Shown: piece after piece, positions 34,975 through 49,200 of the stretch
Numbering within the stretch: the stretch's first letter is position 1
Layout: each line of letters starts with the position of its first letter
Assembly: GCA_051294375.1 (NCBI GenBank)
Contig: CM119271.1
Location: forward strand, 738,721-802,720
Length of the DNA stretch: 64,000 nucleotides
Direction: 5' to 3'
Source: Paraspadella gotoi
Lineage: Eukaryota > Animalia > Chaetognatha
The notes under the pieces: model-generated
What the model saw: the letters and a program-made list of their open reading frames with translations, nothing else
What the model was told of the DNA's origin: nothing
Databases searched by the model: none
Made by a program: the position numbers and the translations under genes

Positions 34975-36255
34975 TGATGAACGGTTGGTGAATTTTAGTC
35001 ATGCCATGGTTCATCGTTTTACTTCCAATTTTCCTAAATTATTCAAAATCTGACTTTAACCGCTTGTGTTCACGTTGCTAAAAATTAAGGTAAACTAATA
35101 TTTTTGTGGTAATAAATACGTGTTTGTGGAAGAGTAAACGTCTATGCAACTGTTCAAAACAAAAATAATTAAAAAATTGTAAAAAAAATTTTGACCATTT
35201 TTTGCCCCTATTGGGCCCCATATTTCGGTTCAGGGGTCAAATATTGAAATTCGTCTCGATATTCTATTTGTATTCACATAGGGATCGTTCATACCAAATT
35301 TCAATAAATTTCGTTCAGTAGGGTGGAGTGATAAAAATATTGAGTAATTGAACATTATTATTTTGGTACCTATGTACAAGTAATTAAAGAATTTTAATTT
35401 TTTAAAAAAAATTTTTAAGCTTAACAGTATAGTAAATTCAGTTATTTATGTAGTAATTTCCTTATAAAATCGTCAAAATAATTTTATTTTTAAAAACAGA
35501 TTTGATTCGCCGTAAAAAACTAAAAAAACTTTTATAAAATATGTTATATGATATTTTAATGTTTAGATCACAAAAAATAATTAAAATGTTGTAACATATA
35601 TAAGTTTTTACTACAGAGAATAAAAAAGCTTGAATTTTCACTTTTTTCCCCATTTTAAATGCTGAAGATGACAGAATTTTTGATAACATGTTTTATATTT
35701 TTGATTCAACTTTTTATGAAGAATCTGCATCTTTATTAAAAGTTTTAAATTTTTTTCAAAAATTTATTATTTTATAAGGATATTACTACAAATATATTAT
35801 ATTTTACTATTCTATTCCCGAGACAATATGAACAAAATATTTTTTGTACTAGTTAATCATACTATCTTACATCTAAATATCCTTGTTCGATCATTCAAAT
35901 AATTTTTTTGTTCTTGAGTGCTCCACACTAGTGTTCAGGTTACAAAAAACGGGTACCTCATTTTATAATATGAAGCGTTCTGTATAGGGAAAAGATTATC
36001 AGGAAAAAATGATCGTGATATTATTTTTAAAAATTTTTTTGGTTTTATGTTATGATCTGTTGTAATATATGATGATCACAAATTAAAAGACTCATCATGA
36101 CTTATAATCTGGTTAGCTGCTCACCGCTAAATTATCGTAGTCAGATCCAACATTGTTTGCTCAAACTTGTTATGCTATTAACTCTGAAATTTTAGCCATT
36201 TTTAGCCGGGATCTGCTGTTAGAGCCAAACTTCGTCAATGGGGTGGGTCAGAAGT

Positions 36256-36464
36256 NNNNNNNNNNNNNNNNNNNNNNNNNNNNNNNNNNNNNNNNNNNNN
36301 NNNNNNNNNNNNNNNNNNNNNNNNNNNNNNNNNNNNNNNNNNNNNNNNNNNNNNNTTTATAAATTATAATTTATTATTTTTTTAAAGATAACTTAAACTT
36401 GATCCAAAGCAATTAATTTTAATTTTTAATCACAAAATANNNNNNNNNNNNNNNNNNNNNNNNN
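36256..36464. other. Assembly gaps (N runs 36256-36355 and 36440-36464)
   Basis: N characters, with flanking sequence duplicated across the gap. Confidence 0.98.
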
Positions 36465-36825
36465 TATACTATCTTACATCTAAATATCCTTGTTCGATCA
36501 TTCAAATAATTTTTTGTTCTTGAGTGCTCCACACTAGTGTTCAGGTTACAAAAACGGGTACCTCATTTTATAATATGAAGCGTTCTGTATAGGGAAAAGA
36601 TTATCAGGAAAAATGATCGTGATATTATTTTTAAAAATTTTTTTGGTTTTATGTTATGATCTGTTGTAATATATGATGATCACAAATTAAAAGACTCATC
36701 ATGACTATATAATCTGGTTAGCTGCTCACCGCTAAATTATCGTAGTCAGATCCAACATTGTTTGCTCAAACTTGTTTATGCTATTAACTCTGAAATTTTA
36801 GCCATTTTTAGCCGGGATCTGCTGT

Positions 36826-37429
36826 TAGAGCCAAACTTCGTCAATGGGGTGGGTCAGAAGTTTGATTTGGGAACCTTTCCAATGAAACTTCATACATTTC
36901 TGAGAAAACTTTCAATGGAGCAAAATTTTCTAAAATGGCAAGAAGCATTAGTAATTAATTTTTTAATATTTATTTATAGATAGGAAATGTCAAAAATTTT
37001 TTTTGAATTTTTTATTTTTAAAAGCAGATTCAAATAGCTTATGAAAAGTTATCTACACAAAGTATAATTCTTTTTTCAATATTTTGATGATAAGTGGGTT
37101 TAAATTGAGAAAAACCTTAAAAAATCATCATCATCATCCGATGATTTTAGCAGTTTTTACTAATTTTTAGTAATAAAACATCAAAATTTTAAAAAGTTGT
37201 AATTATATTTTTTGCTTAACTTTTTAAGCTCTATCAGAATCAATTAAAAAAACTTAAAATATCCAAAAAAATTTTTGACATTATATAGCAATAAAATAAT
37301 ATTAATTAGCGAATTACTCATGGTTCGGAACATTTTTGTAAAAAAATATTTTAACACAATAATTAATACCAATAATGGATTAGTTTAATGCTGTTCCCAT
37401 TAAAATTTGAATTTGGTCGGCTACCTCTA
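36826..37429 (+). mobile_element. Family D MITE
   Basis: CTGCTGT|TAGAGCCAAACTTCG...GGTCGGCTACCTCTA|CTGCTGT. Confidence 0.85.
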
Positions 37430-37453
37430 CTGCTGTAAGCTATAATTCACTTT

Positions 37454-40244
37454 GTCGGTCCGCCCCCCTCATCTTGTCGGGCATTCACTTATATCATGTC
37501 AGAACATCAAATTATGATAAATTATTAGACACATTTGAATCCGACAATGTTTTAAATAAACAACCAGTCTCGGTGTCATTCTGTTCGTTTTTCCAAGCTC
37601 TTTTTAACTAAAAAAGTTTCATTAAAAAAAAAAAACTTTTTCGCCCGAGCCAGGGGTGTTGAAGTCAAAATATGGAAATTCACCATTTTTTAGTATTTTT
37701 TACCTTTTCCAGTTAATTTTTTTTAATATAATAATCTTTAATCAAGTTAATTACTTCTGATAATGATTTTAATTTATCCTATTTAACTGTTTTTAAAACC
37801 ATTCATTAAAAAAATATTAGTTTTTAGCTTAAGCCAAGGGTGTTGAAAAGCTAAAATGTTTAAATATTTTTTTTAAATATTTATAAATTATAATTTATTA
37901 TTTTTTTAAAGATAACTTAAACTTGATCCAAAGCAATTAATTTTAATTTTTAATCACAAAATATAATTGTTATAAGATAAAATTATTTAAATAATATTCG
38001 GATATTACTATAAAAAAATGTTTTACTTTATACTGTATAAATTTATTAAAAAAATAATTTAAAAATGATATCTGAATATAAATTTTGTACGGATAAGAGT
38101 AATAGTTTGGTTTAACTCTATATACAAATATTTTGTTATTAAATAAAATAATTTTTCTTTAATATACAATAATTTTTAAAAAATAATTGTTTTTTACTTT
38201 TTTCATTAAATAATTGTTTAACAAAGTTTTGTTTTTCTCACTAAATCTAAAAACACAAGGAAAAGAAAGTTATGATTTCTAAAAGATTAATTAAAAATAA
38301 CTACCTCTTATAGTCCGATTCATATATTTAAATTAATTCATAAATTTATTTAAATACTATTTTAATATATAATAATATTCTTAATTGTTAATTAATTTAC
38401 TTGATTAGCAAATTATTAACAATTTTAAATTATAAACATTGTGTTGAACTTGTTTATTGCATTTTTAGATTTATAAAAAAATTTTATGTTAACAAAAAAA
38501 TTTAATAAATTTGTTAACAATTTTATTTCTATCGTTTTTAACAAATTCATTAAATTTTCTTTGTAATCTCTAAAAACAACAAAAAAGAAAGGATCAAACA
38601 ATGAATATGTTAACAAATATTTTTTAATGAAAAAAAGTTTTTCTAAAGTCTAGATTAAAATTTTTAATTAAAATATAAATCATTTCTATCCTAGCATCCC
38701 ACGTAAGTCCCTCCCTGAGCCATAACCTCCGCTTTGCATTCAAGGCCAAGCATGAACCTTGAACCTATCATCGCCCATAAAACTTTTTCCATCTGTAACT
38801 TTCCAGTTGGGTATAACTACAACAACCTTGTTGATCATAATGCTCACTTTTACTTATTCAACCTGAATTACAATTACCTCAAATGTTAAAACTAAACACT
38901 AACCCTTAACCTAATTTTGCTAAAATTGCCATAACTAGAACATTAGTTTCGTTCATTAACAAAATTATTATTTTCTATGCGATATCGCATAAAATCTGGA
39001 TAGTGGATATCATTTGAATAATCTTTGTTGTAACAATTTTATTATATGATTAAAAAATATTATGAATTGCTTTGTTTTTAAGATGGATCTCTAAAAAAAA
39101 CTTTTTAAAAATAGGTCACAATAGTTTTTAATGCTTTTAATTATAAAAAAATTAATTAACTATGTTAATTAACTTAAAAAACCATTTAAAATTTTCAAAT
39201 TTTTTTATTATCATGATTAAAATATATAATCCTTAAAAAAAAAATAAATTATTATTTGAAAATATTAAAAAAGACAATTTAAAAATTTTAGCTCTTTAAC
39301 ACCCCTGGCTTAAGCCCTAAACTAATATTTTTTGTGAATGAATGTTTTAAAAATAGTTAAATATGATAATTTAAAAGCATTATCATTAGTAATTAACTTG
39401 ATTAATGATAATTATATTAAAAAAATTACTGAAAAAAGCTAAGAAATACTCATAAGAGGTGAAATTCCATATTTTGGCTCTTTAACACCCCTGGCTCGGG
39501 CGAAAAATTGTTTTTTTTTAAATAAAACTTTTTTAGTTAAAAAGAGCTTGGAAAAACGAACAGAATGACACCGAGACTGGTTGCTTATTTAAAACATTGT
39601 CGGATTCAAATGTGTCTATAAATTATGCAAAAAAAATGATGTCCGTCCGTCTCTGACCGTCTGTCTGTTCGTCCCACCTTAGAAAAAAACACCAATTACT
39701 CGTGATTTGATGGATTGGAATGAAATTTTGTTTGTGGGTAGGAAAGTGTGTGATTGAGTTGGAAATCGACCGAGTGGAAATGAGTTAAAATGGAAAAAAA
39801 ACAAAAAATATATTTCGCTATTTGAACGCCAATTACTCACGAGTGCATGGGGCGAATGACTTCAAATTTTTTATGTGGGTAGGAAAGTGTGTGATTGAGC
39901 AGGAAATAAAGTTTCGATGGAATCGTCCAGGAGGAAATGAGTTAAAATGGACAAAACAAACAATAATTTCACTATTTGATTATGCTTTTTTCATTTTTAT
40001 ATTAAATGTAAATTCAAGCTGCATTAATTAATTATTAATTAATAAGTTTACTAATTATTAATTATTTGTAATTAATTATTTAATTTTGTGATCGAGATTG
40101 CTGTTTTGTGATTGAGAGGCGAGACAAAGTGTAAAACGATATTGGCACGAATAAAAAAAAATTATATTAATTAAGTAATTATCTGATCAGCTGCTTTCCG
40201 CTAATGATCGTGGGCAGATCCGGCATTGTTTGCTCAAAATTGTT
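37454..40244. mobile_element. Family B element interrupted by an 8-bp-TSD MITE
   Basis: Has the same 5' end, GTCY tract and 3' end as 6368-7423, and is split at TAAATTAT. Confidence 0.65.
37526..39618. mobile_element. hAT-like MITE with long TIRs and 8-bp TSD
   Basis: TAAATTAT|TAGACACATTTGAATCCGACAATGTTTTAAATAA... and ...TTTAAAACATTGTCGGATTCAAATGTGTCTA|TAAATTAT. The TIRs are near-perfect for ~100 bp and degenerate inward. The uninterrupted site GATAAATTATGC is seen at 6431. Confidence 0.9.
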
Positions 40245-43237
40245 TTATTTTTATTTTTTATTTATGAACGAAATCTACTAACACGAAAAATAAAATTCGA
40301 TCTTATCTTACAATTTAAAGTGGATTGATTTATGGCTTGGCATTTTACGTAGATCCTCTGTCCTGAGAATAAGCTGTTAAAACGATAACATTTGATTTCT
40401 GATCGTTTGACAATATTAAATGACAGTATATCGCCTATAAGCATGTAACTTGCTGGTTTTTGTTTGGTTTTTTAATCACGTGATGACAAATACAATATAC
40501 GTCTCATCATAAATCACCAAATATTAACCATTATGGTACATAAACTACATAATACATAAATCTGAAGTTTACTTAATCATTTTTTAGTAATCACCTATGG
40601 AAAATATCATCCTATTGAACTGCACCTCTCTACAAAAATATCTCTTTATTGCAAAAATTATGTTATTGAGAGACGACCGACACCAAAGTTTCCTATAGAG
40701 TTGTTTTGCTAGTACTTTCGGCGCAACTGAAGTGTTTAAAAAATAAAAGAGAAAATACGTTAATTTTCTTTGCTCAAGCTGATATTCGATATAAGTATCA
40801 TGAGTTGGATTTTTAAATATTACTATTTTAGTTTCACGGTCTTAACCACTTTGACCAAAAGTAATTTTACGATGTGGGTGGGGGATATGGCAGTCCGACG
40901 TTGATCTGGTTATTAACGGCCGAGGAGTTGCTCGCTCGTTACAGCAACCCGACGGTTTTCAGAGAACAGCCGATTTCACTTGAAACTCGTGAGTTCAATT
41001 AAGAGAGATCTCTTTGAAATAACCGCGAGTTGGTTGCAGTAAAATACTTTTAGTGCGGGGTTAAGTTATTTTATTGCCGATTTGTATTTGTTTATATTTA
41101 TGACGGTGGTTACTTGTTAAGATTCAAAGAGCGTCCCGATAATATTTAAACCAAAGAAAGCCTTTTTTTTTATTTTGGGATGCATTTTTTCGAAGTATAT
41201 GAAAGTAAAAACTTTTTAAAAGAGTATTGTTTAATTTATTTTGTTTTTTAAAAAAATAATAAACATACTTTCAACTTTCACCAGGAAAAAGACCCCCCGT
41301 TGCCTATATTTGAAATATCCCTTCCATCCCTGAGCTCCGAGCCTCATCGGGAGAAAATTGTTTGTAAAAGCTACGTCTGTGAATAAAACAAAATATCTCG
41401 TTTGGCTTGACAACGCTTCTCCGCTTTGAATAGCGATCAAACCTTCCGTCTAAATCTCTTCGTTCCCTTTCGGATATTTTACCCAAAAAAATTATTCAAC
41501 AAAACGACAAAATCCATTAGGGCACGCGTGACTTCAGCACTCAGTCGCAATAGTTACTGCGTCCCCCGTTTTTTTGTGCTACTATCTGCGATCAGAAAAA
41601 ATAAAAAAAGACATTGTAGATATATCCGATCCTCAAATCGTGCCACACATTATCAATCATAACAAAAAAAAACAAACAAACAAACCGTGTCAAACCCCGT
41701 TAAGTGGAAACTATATATTTTGGGTCGGTTTCTGTGAGATCTCTCTCTCTCGTCAACTTCCTTCATCAACTCAGTTCTAACAATCATACGATAAACGTCT
41801 CATCGAACTACTTTTTTAACTCATCCAAAATTTTTTTGTTTTGCATTTTGTACTCCCAGAATTACTTTGCTAATCGCCTCGCTTGCTATAGTGTCGAGAA
41901 AACGTGGTTATATATATATATATATATATCTATTTTGCTCCTTAATCCATTACTCATGGTAATCGGAGGAGAAGGCGACTCCTTCTAAACCATATTTTGC
42001 ACAAAGATCAACAATTGTCAGTACGATTACATATTTTGTACCTTTCATCCTTTGATGCCTCTCCAGCTTCTTACACTCCAATTACCTTCAGAGACTTCAA
42101 AAGTAGTCCAGAGAATTTTTTTTCTTTCCCTAACGAAAATATCAAACCACGAACTTAAAAAAAATTACTATGATTAGTTGTGCACAGATAAAAAAAAGAA
42201 TCTTTCCACGCCAACAAGTGCCTATTTTTCTTAACGACAGACCATTGTGATTCGATAAATATATCTATATCAGTTTATCATGCGCATCGCTACATCCTCG
42301 CTTAATCCCTCTTAATAATAATAAAAAAAAACAAAAACAAAAAAAAAAACTTAATCAGTGTCGGCAATTTTTGTGGGAGAGGTTACAACCTAAAAATAAA
42401 AACTGCCGTCGCCCAAAGTAAAAGCGTTGGAGACTCTTCGGAATTACTGCCAGAAGTCTTAACCATTTGAGCGTCAAGAGCTTGTAATCGCCTTCGATCT
42501 ACCACCCAATCAGATCGTCCTTCTTTATAAAAGAAATTCTTCCTCTCGCAATTTCGGAAACGCCTCTTCGATCCTCTACCAAAATTACAAGATAAACTTA
42601 AATCCAGTCAAAACTGAACTATTCCCCTCTTATTTTTGGAGCATCAAGCTTCTTGTCACTTGCTTCTTGTGTTCTTACCAAGCTTTGAAGTTTCCCTAAA
42701 TCGCAAACGAGCAGTGGAGAAAAAATTGTTTTCGATTGCGCGGCGATATCGCAATCAACTTTGACAAATTTATTTTCTCAAATAATTTGGCCCGTCTCGG
42801 CGAATTACAGCGCAATTGTCTGTAACCGAAGAAAATCTTAAAAGCGATCAAAGAATTTGGATTACTCAGTAGTGTACCCCGCGTAGATTTCAGACGGAGG
42901 CCAAACAACTTCTCGCGTTAGTTAAATTAGTCTCTCTCAATATTGTAATTTTGCTTGAATCCCTTTTACCAGACGCTGGTATTTATTCTATTGTATTAAA
43001 ACGAAACTAAGTCAACCAGAACTTCCAAACAAAAAGAAACCGTCAAATACAATACGCGCAATTGCTGTGAAATATTCTGATTACAATACCTAAAAAAAAA
43101 TAAAAAAATAATCTGGCTCCTCTCGTCCCAAAAAAGAGGAAAAAAATTTCATTCGATACTCTTTTGACGCGAATTAATGTATCAATCCGTTCATCGCTGA
43201 TATAAATCCGTTCATCGCTATTCAGAACTTGTTTGAA

Positions 43238-46200
43238 ATGGCCGCCACCGAAACTCAGTCCCGTGGGGGCTGGGGAAGCGGCCCCTTGCCCAACTCCTCG
43301 ACTTCGGGTTGGGGCGCCATGCCCTCGTCCAACAGCGCCGGTTGGGGCGCCAACAACAACGGCGGCGGCGCCGGTTCCACTCACGACGACGGTGGATGGT
43401 CGTCGGGCCCTCCGGCCAAAGGCTCCGGCTGGGTCGCTCAAGAAAATTCCGCCCCTTCGTCTGGGTGGGGTGAATCCTCCCTTCATGCTAGCGGCGGTGG
43501 TTCGTGGGGCGGACAGTCGCTTGGCAACCCCCCCTCCAGCACCCCCAATGCCCCTTCAGGTGGGTGTTGTTCTCCACGAAAAGTATTAATTACCCGTGAT
43601 ATCGAAACCGAATCATTAAATTTTTTTCTCCTCCAGGATCAGTCTCGGCCAACGAAAATGGCAACGCTCCCAACGACAGCAACACAATGAAACTTGAGGT
43701 GATTTTTTTTGTTTGGTTTTCAATATTAAATTTAAATTGAGGGCCATAGGGGAGCCCAAAATCTGCTATTTACGATAAAGAAAAATGTAATAATCCAATA
43801 TCAATGATTAAATTTAGAAGCCTCATTCTCTTTTTGTCCCGCAGCCTTCCAACTCTTCCGAAACATGGGGGAGCGGCCGATTTCCGTCTACCACCTCCGG
43901 GGACTCCAGCGTCTGGGGCGGAGGCGCCAGCGGAGGCTCTGTGTGGGGAAGTTCCAACCCTTCTACTCCAGGAATCCTAGGTATGTCTTCGAGAAGGACA
44001 TGATAAGGTGACTATCAATTACTCATGAAATACGTCTCCTTGCAGACCCCGCGAGTTCCCAGGAAGGCGCCGGCGGGGGTCGATTTGGCTGGGATCTGGG
44101 GAGTGCGTCTCGACAGACGAGCATCGACACGGGCTCTGCCCCCGTCAACAACAGGTAACGCCATGATAAGGCTCCCTCTATTTCTTCTTTATTCTCTTGG
44201 ACGGTTTATGTGTAAGATATGTATTTTTTATCTGTCAATCCGTTGCCCTCAGTGCATTTTCGAGCTTGGACGATTCGCCAAAGTACGTTTGTATTACCGG
44301 GTTCTTTTCGGTTTTTTATTTGTCGCCCATTGAGAATGGCAATAAATCATGGGACAAGCATCTAAGTACAATTTTTTAAAAATTGTCAATTTTGATAAAA
44401 AAATCTTATTCTCTCTTCTCCTTTTTTTCACTCCTTTAAAAGTTTTTTTTTTCAGTGCTTCTTTGGGCCTTTTTTTTGCCATAGTGCAACAATGGGCGAC
44501 AACTCATTATGCTGTTAAGGTTTTTTAGATTGTTGTTCGCTTTGCTTTTACACTCTGCCGTATTATGCAGCTGAAATTTATTTCTCACCGCTATTCCCTT
44601 TGTGGAGCGGACATAATCATTTGTTGACATTTCGTACCTCTCGTTACCGATCTGGTCGTAGCGTTTTTTATGTTAAAAATCATTCCCGGTCTTCCTAAAA
44701 CTGTATGATAAAACGTACACTGCATAGTACACGCATCAGACGGCCGGTAACTTGAGGTCGCTATATAGATACTAGATTTAAAGTTTTTTTTTCTCGATAA
44801 ATCTCGAATCGATGTTTATATACGGCGTCAATCTGGGAAATGATTTATCACGTCTTTGTGGCCCCGACATTTATCTGAAAAACATTTTTACCTCCGCAGT
44901 GCCATGGGACCGGGCTCTCAGCGCGGACCTGGTTGGAACTCCGGTCAGAGCGCCGGCGGTGGCGGCGCCATGCCGTGGAACGTCGTCGGCCGACAATCCG
45001 GTCGCGGTTCCGGCGAACCAGGCGCTGGAGGCCCCGACGACGAAGGCGCTAATTCCGTCTGGGGTTCGTCCGGAGGCGGCAGCGGAAACGGAAGCGGCGG
45101 TGGTTGGGTCGCCGCCCCCGGAGAAAATCGTGGATCGGGATCTTGGAATAGGTATGCGTCATTATTTTGCGGGAAAGTACACATTGATTAAGTATTCATT
45201 GATTAATTAGATCATATTTAAGCCCATTTTCTTTACCTCATCAGCGGCAACCAACCGAACAGAGGGGCCCCTCCATCCAGCGGCTGGGGCTCCAACTCTC
45301 CTTCCAACCCGTCTGGCTGGGGCCAAACTCAGCCGCAGTCGGGCGGAACCTCCGGTCCGGGTCCCGTCGGAGCTCCCTCCCAAAGAGGCATTGCGCCATC
45401 CGGAGTTCAGACGCAGAATCAGCAACAGCAACCAAAGCAGCAGCAACAGCAGCAGCAGGACGTCGCGGTAATTAAACCATTATAAAATTATCCGTTATTT
45501 AATAAATAAGATTTCTTGCACCTTGTCTAATTCGGGTGAAACTCTTGTCCAAAACCACTTTAGTCCTTTAGTCCTTTAGTGATCGCTCGCATGTCGGTGA
45601 TTCGCAGTTTTAAAACTAAATATTTCCCGTAATTTTTTTTATCTATACTGATTTTGGTATTATTGGTACTTTTGCCCCTCCTCGCAGCAGCAGCAGTCAT
45701 CAGCCCCTCAGCAGCCCAGCACATGGGCCCAGGCGGCGGGGAAAGGCCTTAATTTGCGGCCGGCCGCCGGCGGACCCCAGGGGACCAACAACGGTTCGAG
45801 TTCCTCCCCGGTAACCAGCGGTCCGCCCGGCGGGGGCGGTGGCGCGGGTCCCGGAGGGGCCGTGGGGGGCGTGGCTCACCAACAACAGCAACAACCACAG
45901 CAGCAACAACAGCAACGAGGGGGACAGCCTCGGGTCAACCCTCCGCAGTCCAACTTCGAGGTAGAACGCACCGTCGCCTCCAACGAGAACTGGGGCAAAC
46001 CCGGAATGGTTAGGCAGGACACGTCGTGGGACATCGACGACTCGGAGACGGAGGAGGAGAGGTCCAATCGCCAGCACACCGACGGAACTTCAGTCTGGCA
46101 TCATCACTCGTCCTCCTCCGGAAGTGAGCTTCTTTTTTTTAAGGGGAGAGAGAGAGAGAGTGGTGTGTTTTTGAGCAAATTTGGCCGATTGTTGCTTAAA

Positions 46201-49200
46201 TAAAGTTCAACATCCTCTTTGCATTAACTTCAACTATATTTCCATTTCAAAAATTTATTTATGAGATCCTCATTTTTTTATTAACATTTACTCTTAACAG
46301 TCCTTGTTTTTTCTAACATTTTTTTTTCCTTTTTCTTTTTTTAAACGAAGAACTTCTCCCAGGCAAAAACGGCGGAACTTCTGGCGGTAGCGGCGGTGGT
46401 GGCGGCGGCGGCTCCTCCTCCTCCAACTGGAGTTCTTCGTCCAACACTTGGAACCAAGGAAACGCCGCCCAGGCCCCCGTCGCTCGAGGAGAGAGTTGGG
46501 ACGGAACGGGCAACAACAATTCAAACACTTGGCAAGGACCGCCCACCGGCGCAGGACAAAACAATCAGAACTCTGGCGGTGAGTCGGTGGCGATCGAGTT
46601 TAAGGAGTCCCTTGGTTTAAATTAATATTTATTTTCAGGCTGGGGCACGCCCACTCAGCAAGAACAATCCAATCAGGGCTGGGGCAACAAGGGCAACCAA
46701 GGCCCGGGTCCCTCAGCCCCCGGAAATCCCGGATGGAATTCTGGCGGCGGAAACGGAAATGACTGGCGCGGCGGTGGGAACGATTCCATATCTCACTGGG
46801 GTGGTGGAGGAGGAGGAGGAGGAGGTGGTGGTGGTGGTGGTGGTAGTGGTGGTGGTGGTAGCGGTGGAGGAGGAGGAGGAGGAGGAAGTGGGGGAGTTCC
46901 TCCTCCGAGTGGCCCTCAGCAAAATTCCCAGGGGCGTCCTGGCGGTGGGTGGGGCAATGCTGGTGAGTTCATTGGTTTTAATTTTCGTTTGTCTCCATTT
47001 TGTTTTATTTGAATAAGGGACCAAAAGGTTTGACGACGAAGACGGGGGGAATGGAGATTCGAATACGTTTTAAGGGTCATTAATTTTATTTATTATTAGC
47101 TGTATTGCCAATGATTAAATTGATCATAGATTAGTTTTAAAAAGTTTCTATAACGGATGTAAATTGAAGCTCCCTTCCTGAGTAATAATATTTAATTTTT
47201 AAATTATAACTATAAATATATTTCAAATTAAAAACCATTTGTACTTACTACTAAGTAGTATCTTTTATTAATTTACTACTTATGGGTCCGTCTTAACCGT
47301 CGAAACCGTGGTTTTATTTCGATGTTACGCTTACGAAATCGCTTTGACACCGTCACCCGTGGTTTTAGGGCCAAACGACGCCCAGCCCGGGGCATCCGGG
47401 TCATCCGGATCGCAAGGTGTGGGCGAAAAAGAGTGTGTTTTTGCTGCTGTGCGCATGCGCGGAAAATTTTTCGGTGTGAAGGGGAAAAAGAAATATAGTA
47501 GTTTGATTAACATTAAGAATATTAGTGGTTAGTACATTAAAGTTGATAACATAGTTATAAGGTTTTGAATATATGGTTTTTGGGGTAAGATATATAACAA
47601 GCTCCTAACGACTTTTAAAAAAATATATGCGTTTCGTATTTAACTTTTCGACGCTACGATGCTCTTTTTTTTTCTTTCTCCGGAACGCCAGGCCCACCGA
47701 AATCCGTAGACGACGGAACCGCCATCTGGGGGGATCCTCAAAAGTTTCAGAATCCCAAAATGCCTAATAATAATTCCTCGATGAACAATTATCCCTCGCG
47801 AGGCGGTGGTCAGTCTTGGAACAACGAAGGTAAGTGCGGATTTCCTATCTAAATGTTTTAAAGTCTTTTTTTTTTTCGTTTCGTTTCTGTTCCCGATTTC
47901 GGAAGGAAAGAGAAATTCTTTCGAGTCGCTGTTCCTTTCGCGAAGTCGCGATGCTCGGTATAAACAACTGTGCAACTTAGACGCGGGTGAGATTTTTCGG
48001 AAATCGCGCCTCCCGCGTCCGCCACTCGATGGCATGAAGATTAAGGCCTCTTAGACGTTTTATTTCTTCTTGTATTTTTTATAAAAAATACAGTTGATAT
48101 TATAACATGAGGTTACGAAACTACCGGAGTGAAATTATTTTAATTGCGTTTATGGTGAAAAAAATTTTATTCTATTTATTATAATATTTGACAAAATAAA
48201 ATCTTCTTTTAATTTACATGGTAGTGAATCAAAACTTAGAATAGTATTTACCATCAGATTTTATAGGCAAAAAGTTATTGAATGTCTTTTTATATATATA
48301 ATAATAAATTAATAATAATAATATGAAAATTTGCAAATTACTTGTTTCACTATTTTCTGTTTTTATATTTCATGAAGGATTTAGTATTTAATCTATATTA
48401 TTTAATCAAATATATATTGCTTTCTTTCTTAAAAATGTTTTATTTATCTAATAATTCTGTTGTGTTGTTTTCTGGAAATAGAGGGAGCATCTATAAAACA
48501 CAAAGTTAGATTACAATCTGTCCTAGTTTTCTAATAGATATCACACATCCTTTCTGTTAGAAAGTCATTAATGAAAAAATCATAATATCTAAGAGGCTGA
48601 ACAGAAAAGGGTGGGAATGGATAATTTTTTTTGAGGGGGGACCAAAGTTATATATGATATTTTTTACCAATAGGGATAAGACTACCATGTAGAATGGTAT
48701 GTTCTGATAGGGATACATACTGGGGAAAGGTCTATAATTTAATATAATTTTAAAATACTTAAATGAAAATTATATTTTTTCTTTATCCTACTTTTTAATT
48801 ATTTCTTTTTTGAATATTTTTTATCTATTATGTTTATACAATTGGAAGGTCATCAGTTGGGAACCTATACCCTTCATGGATTTCCGCTCTTTAATCCCAA
48901 TATCCAGGTATAGGCGAGCCATCACCAAATGGTGATCCTTCATTGTTGTTTATCTTATATTTTAAAGATATTTTTTGAATGCTTATCTTAAACAGACCAA
49001 AGCCCAGGTATCACAGCATTATTAATTTCAGAGAAATTTATTAAGGTTATGTAATCATTTTTAAATTGTAAATAATTTAATTAAGTTAAATAATTAGTTA
49101 AATAATAAGTTAAATAATTAAGTTAATTAATAAAAGTTAAAAAATAAGTTAAATCAAAGAGTTAAATAAGTTCAATATATTATAGTAATATAATAATCAC

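Noticed and set aside
35859-36860. Apparent ~400-bp tandem duplication around the N gaps, plus 36356-36439 duplicating about 37880-37962
   Set aside because: The copies are near-identical, differ mainly in homopolymer lengths and abut gaps at a repeat boundary, so this is a scaffolding artefact.
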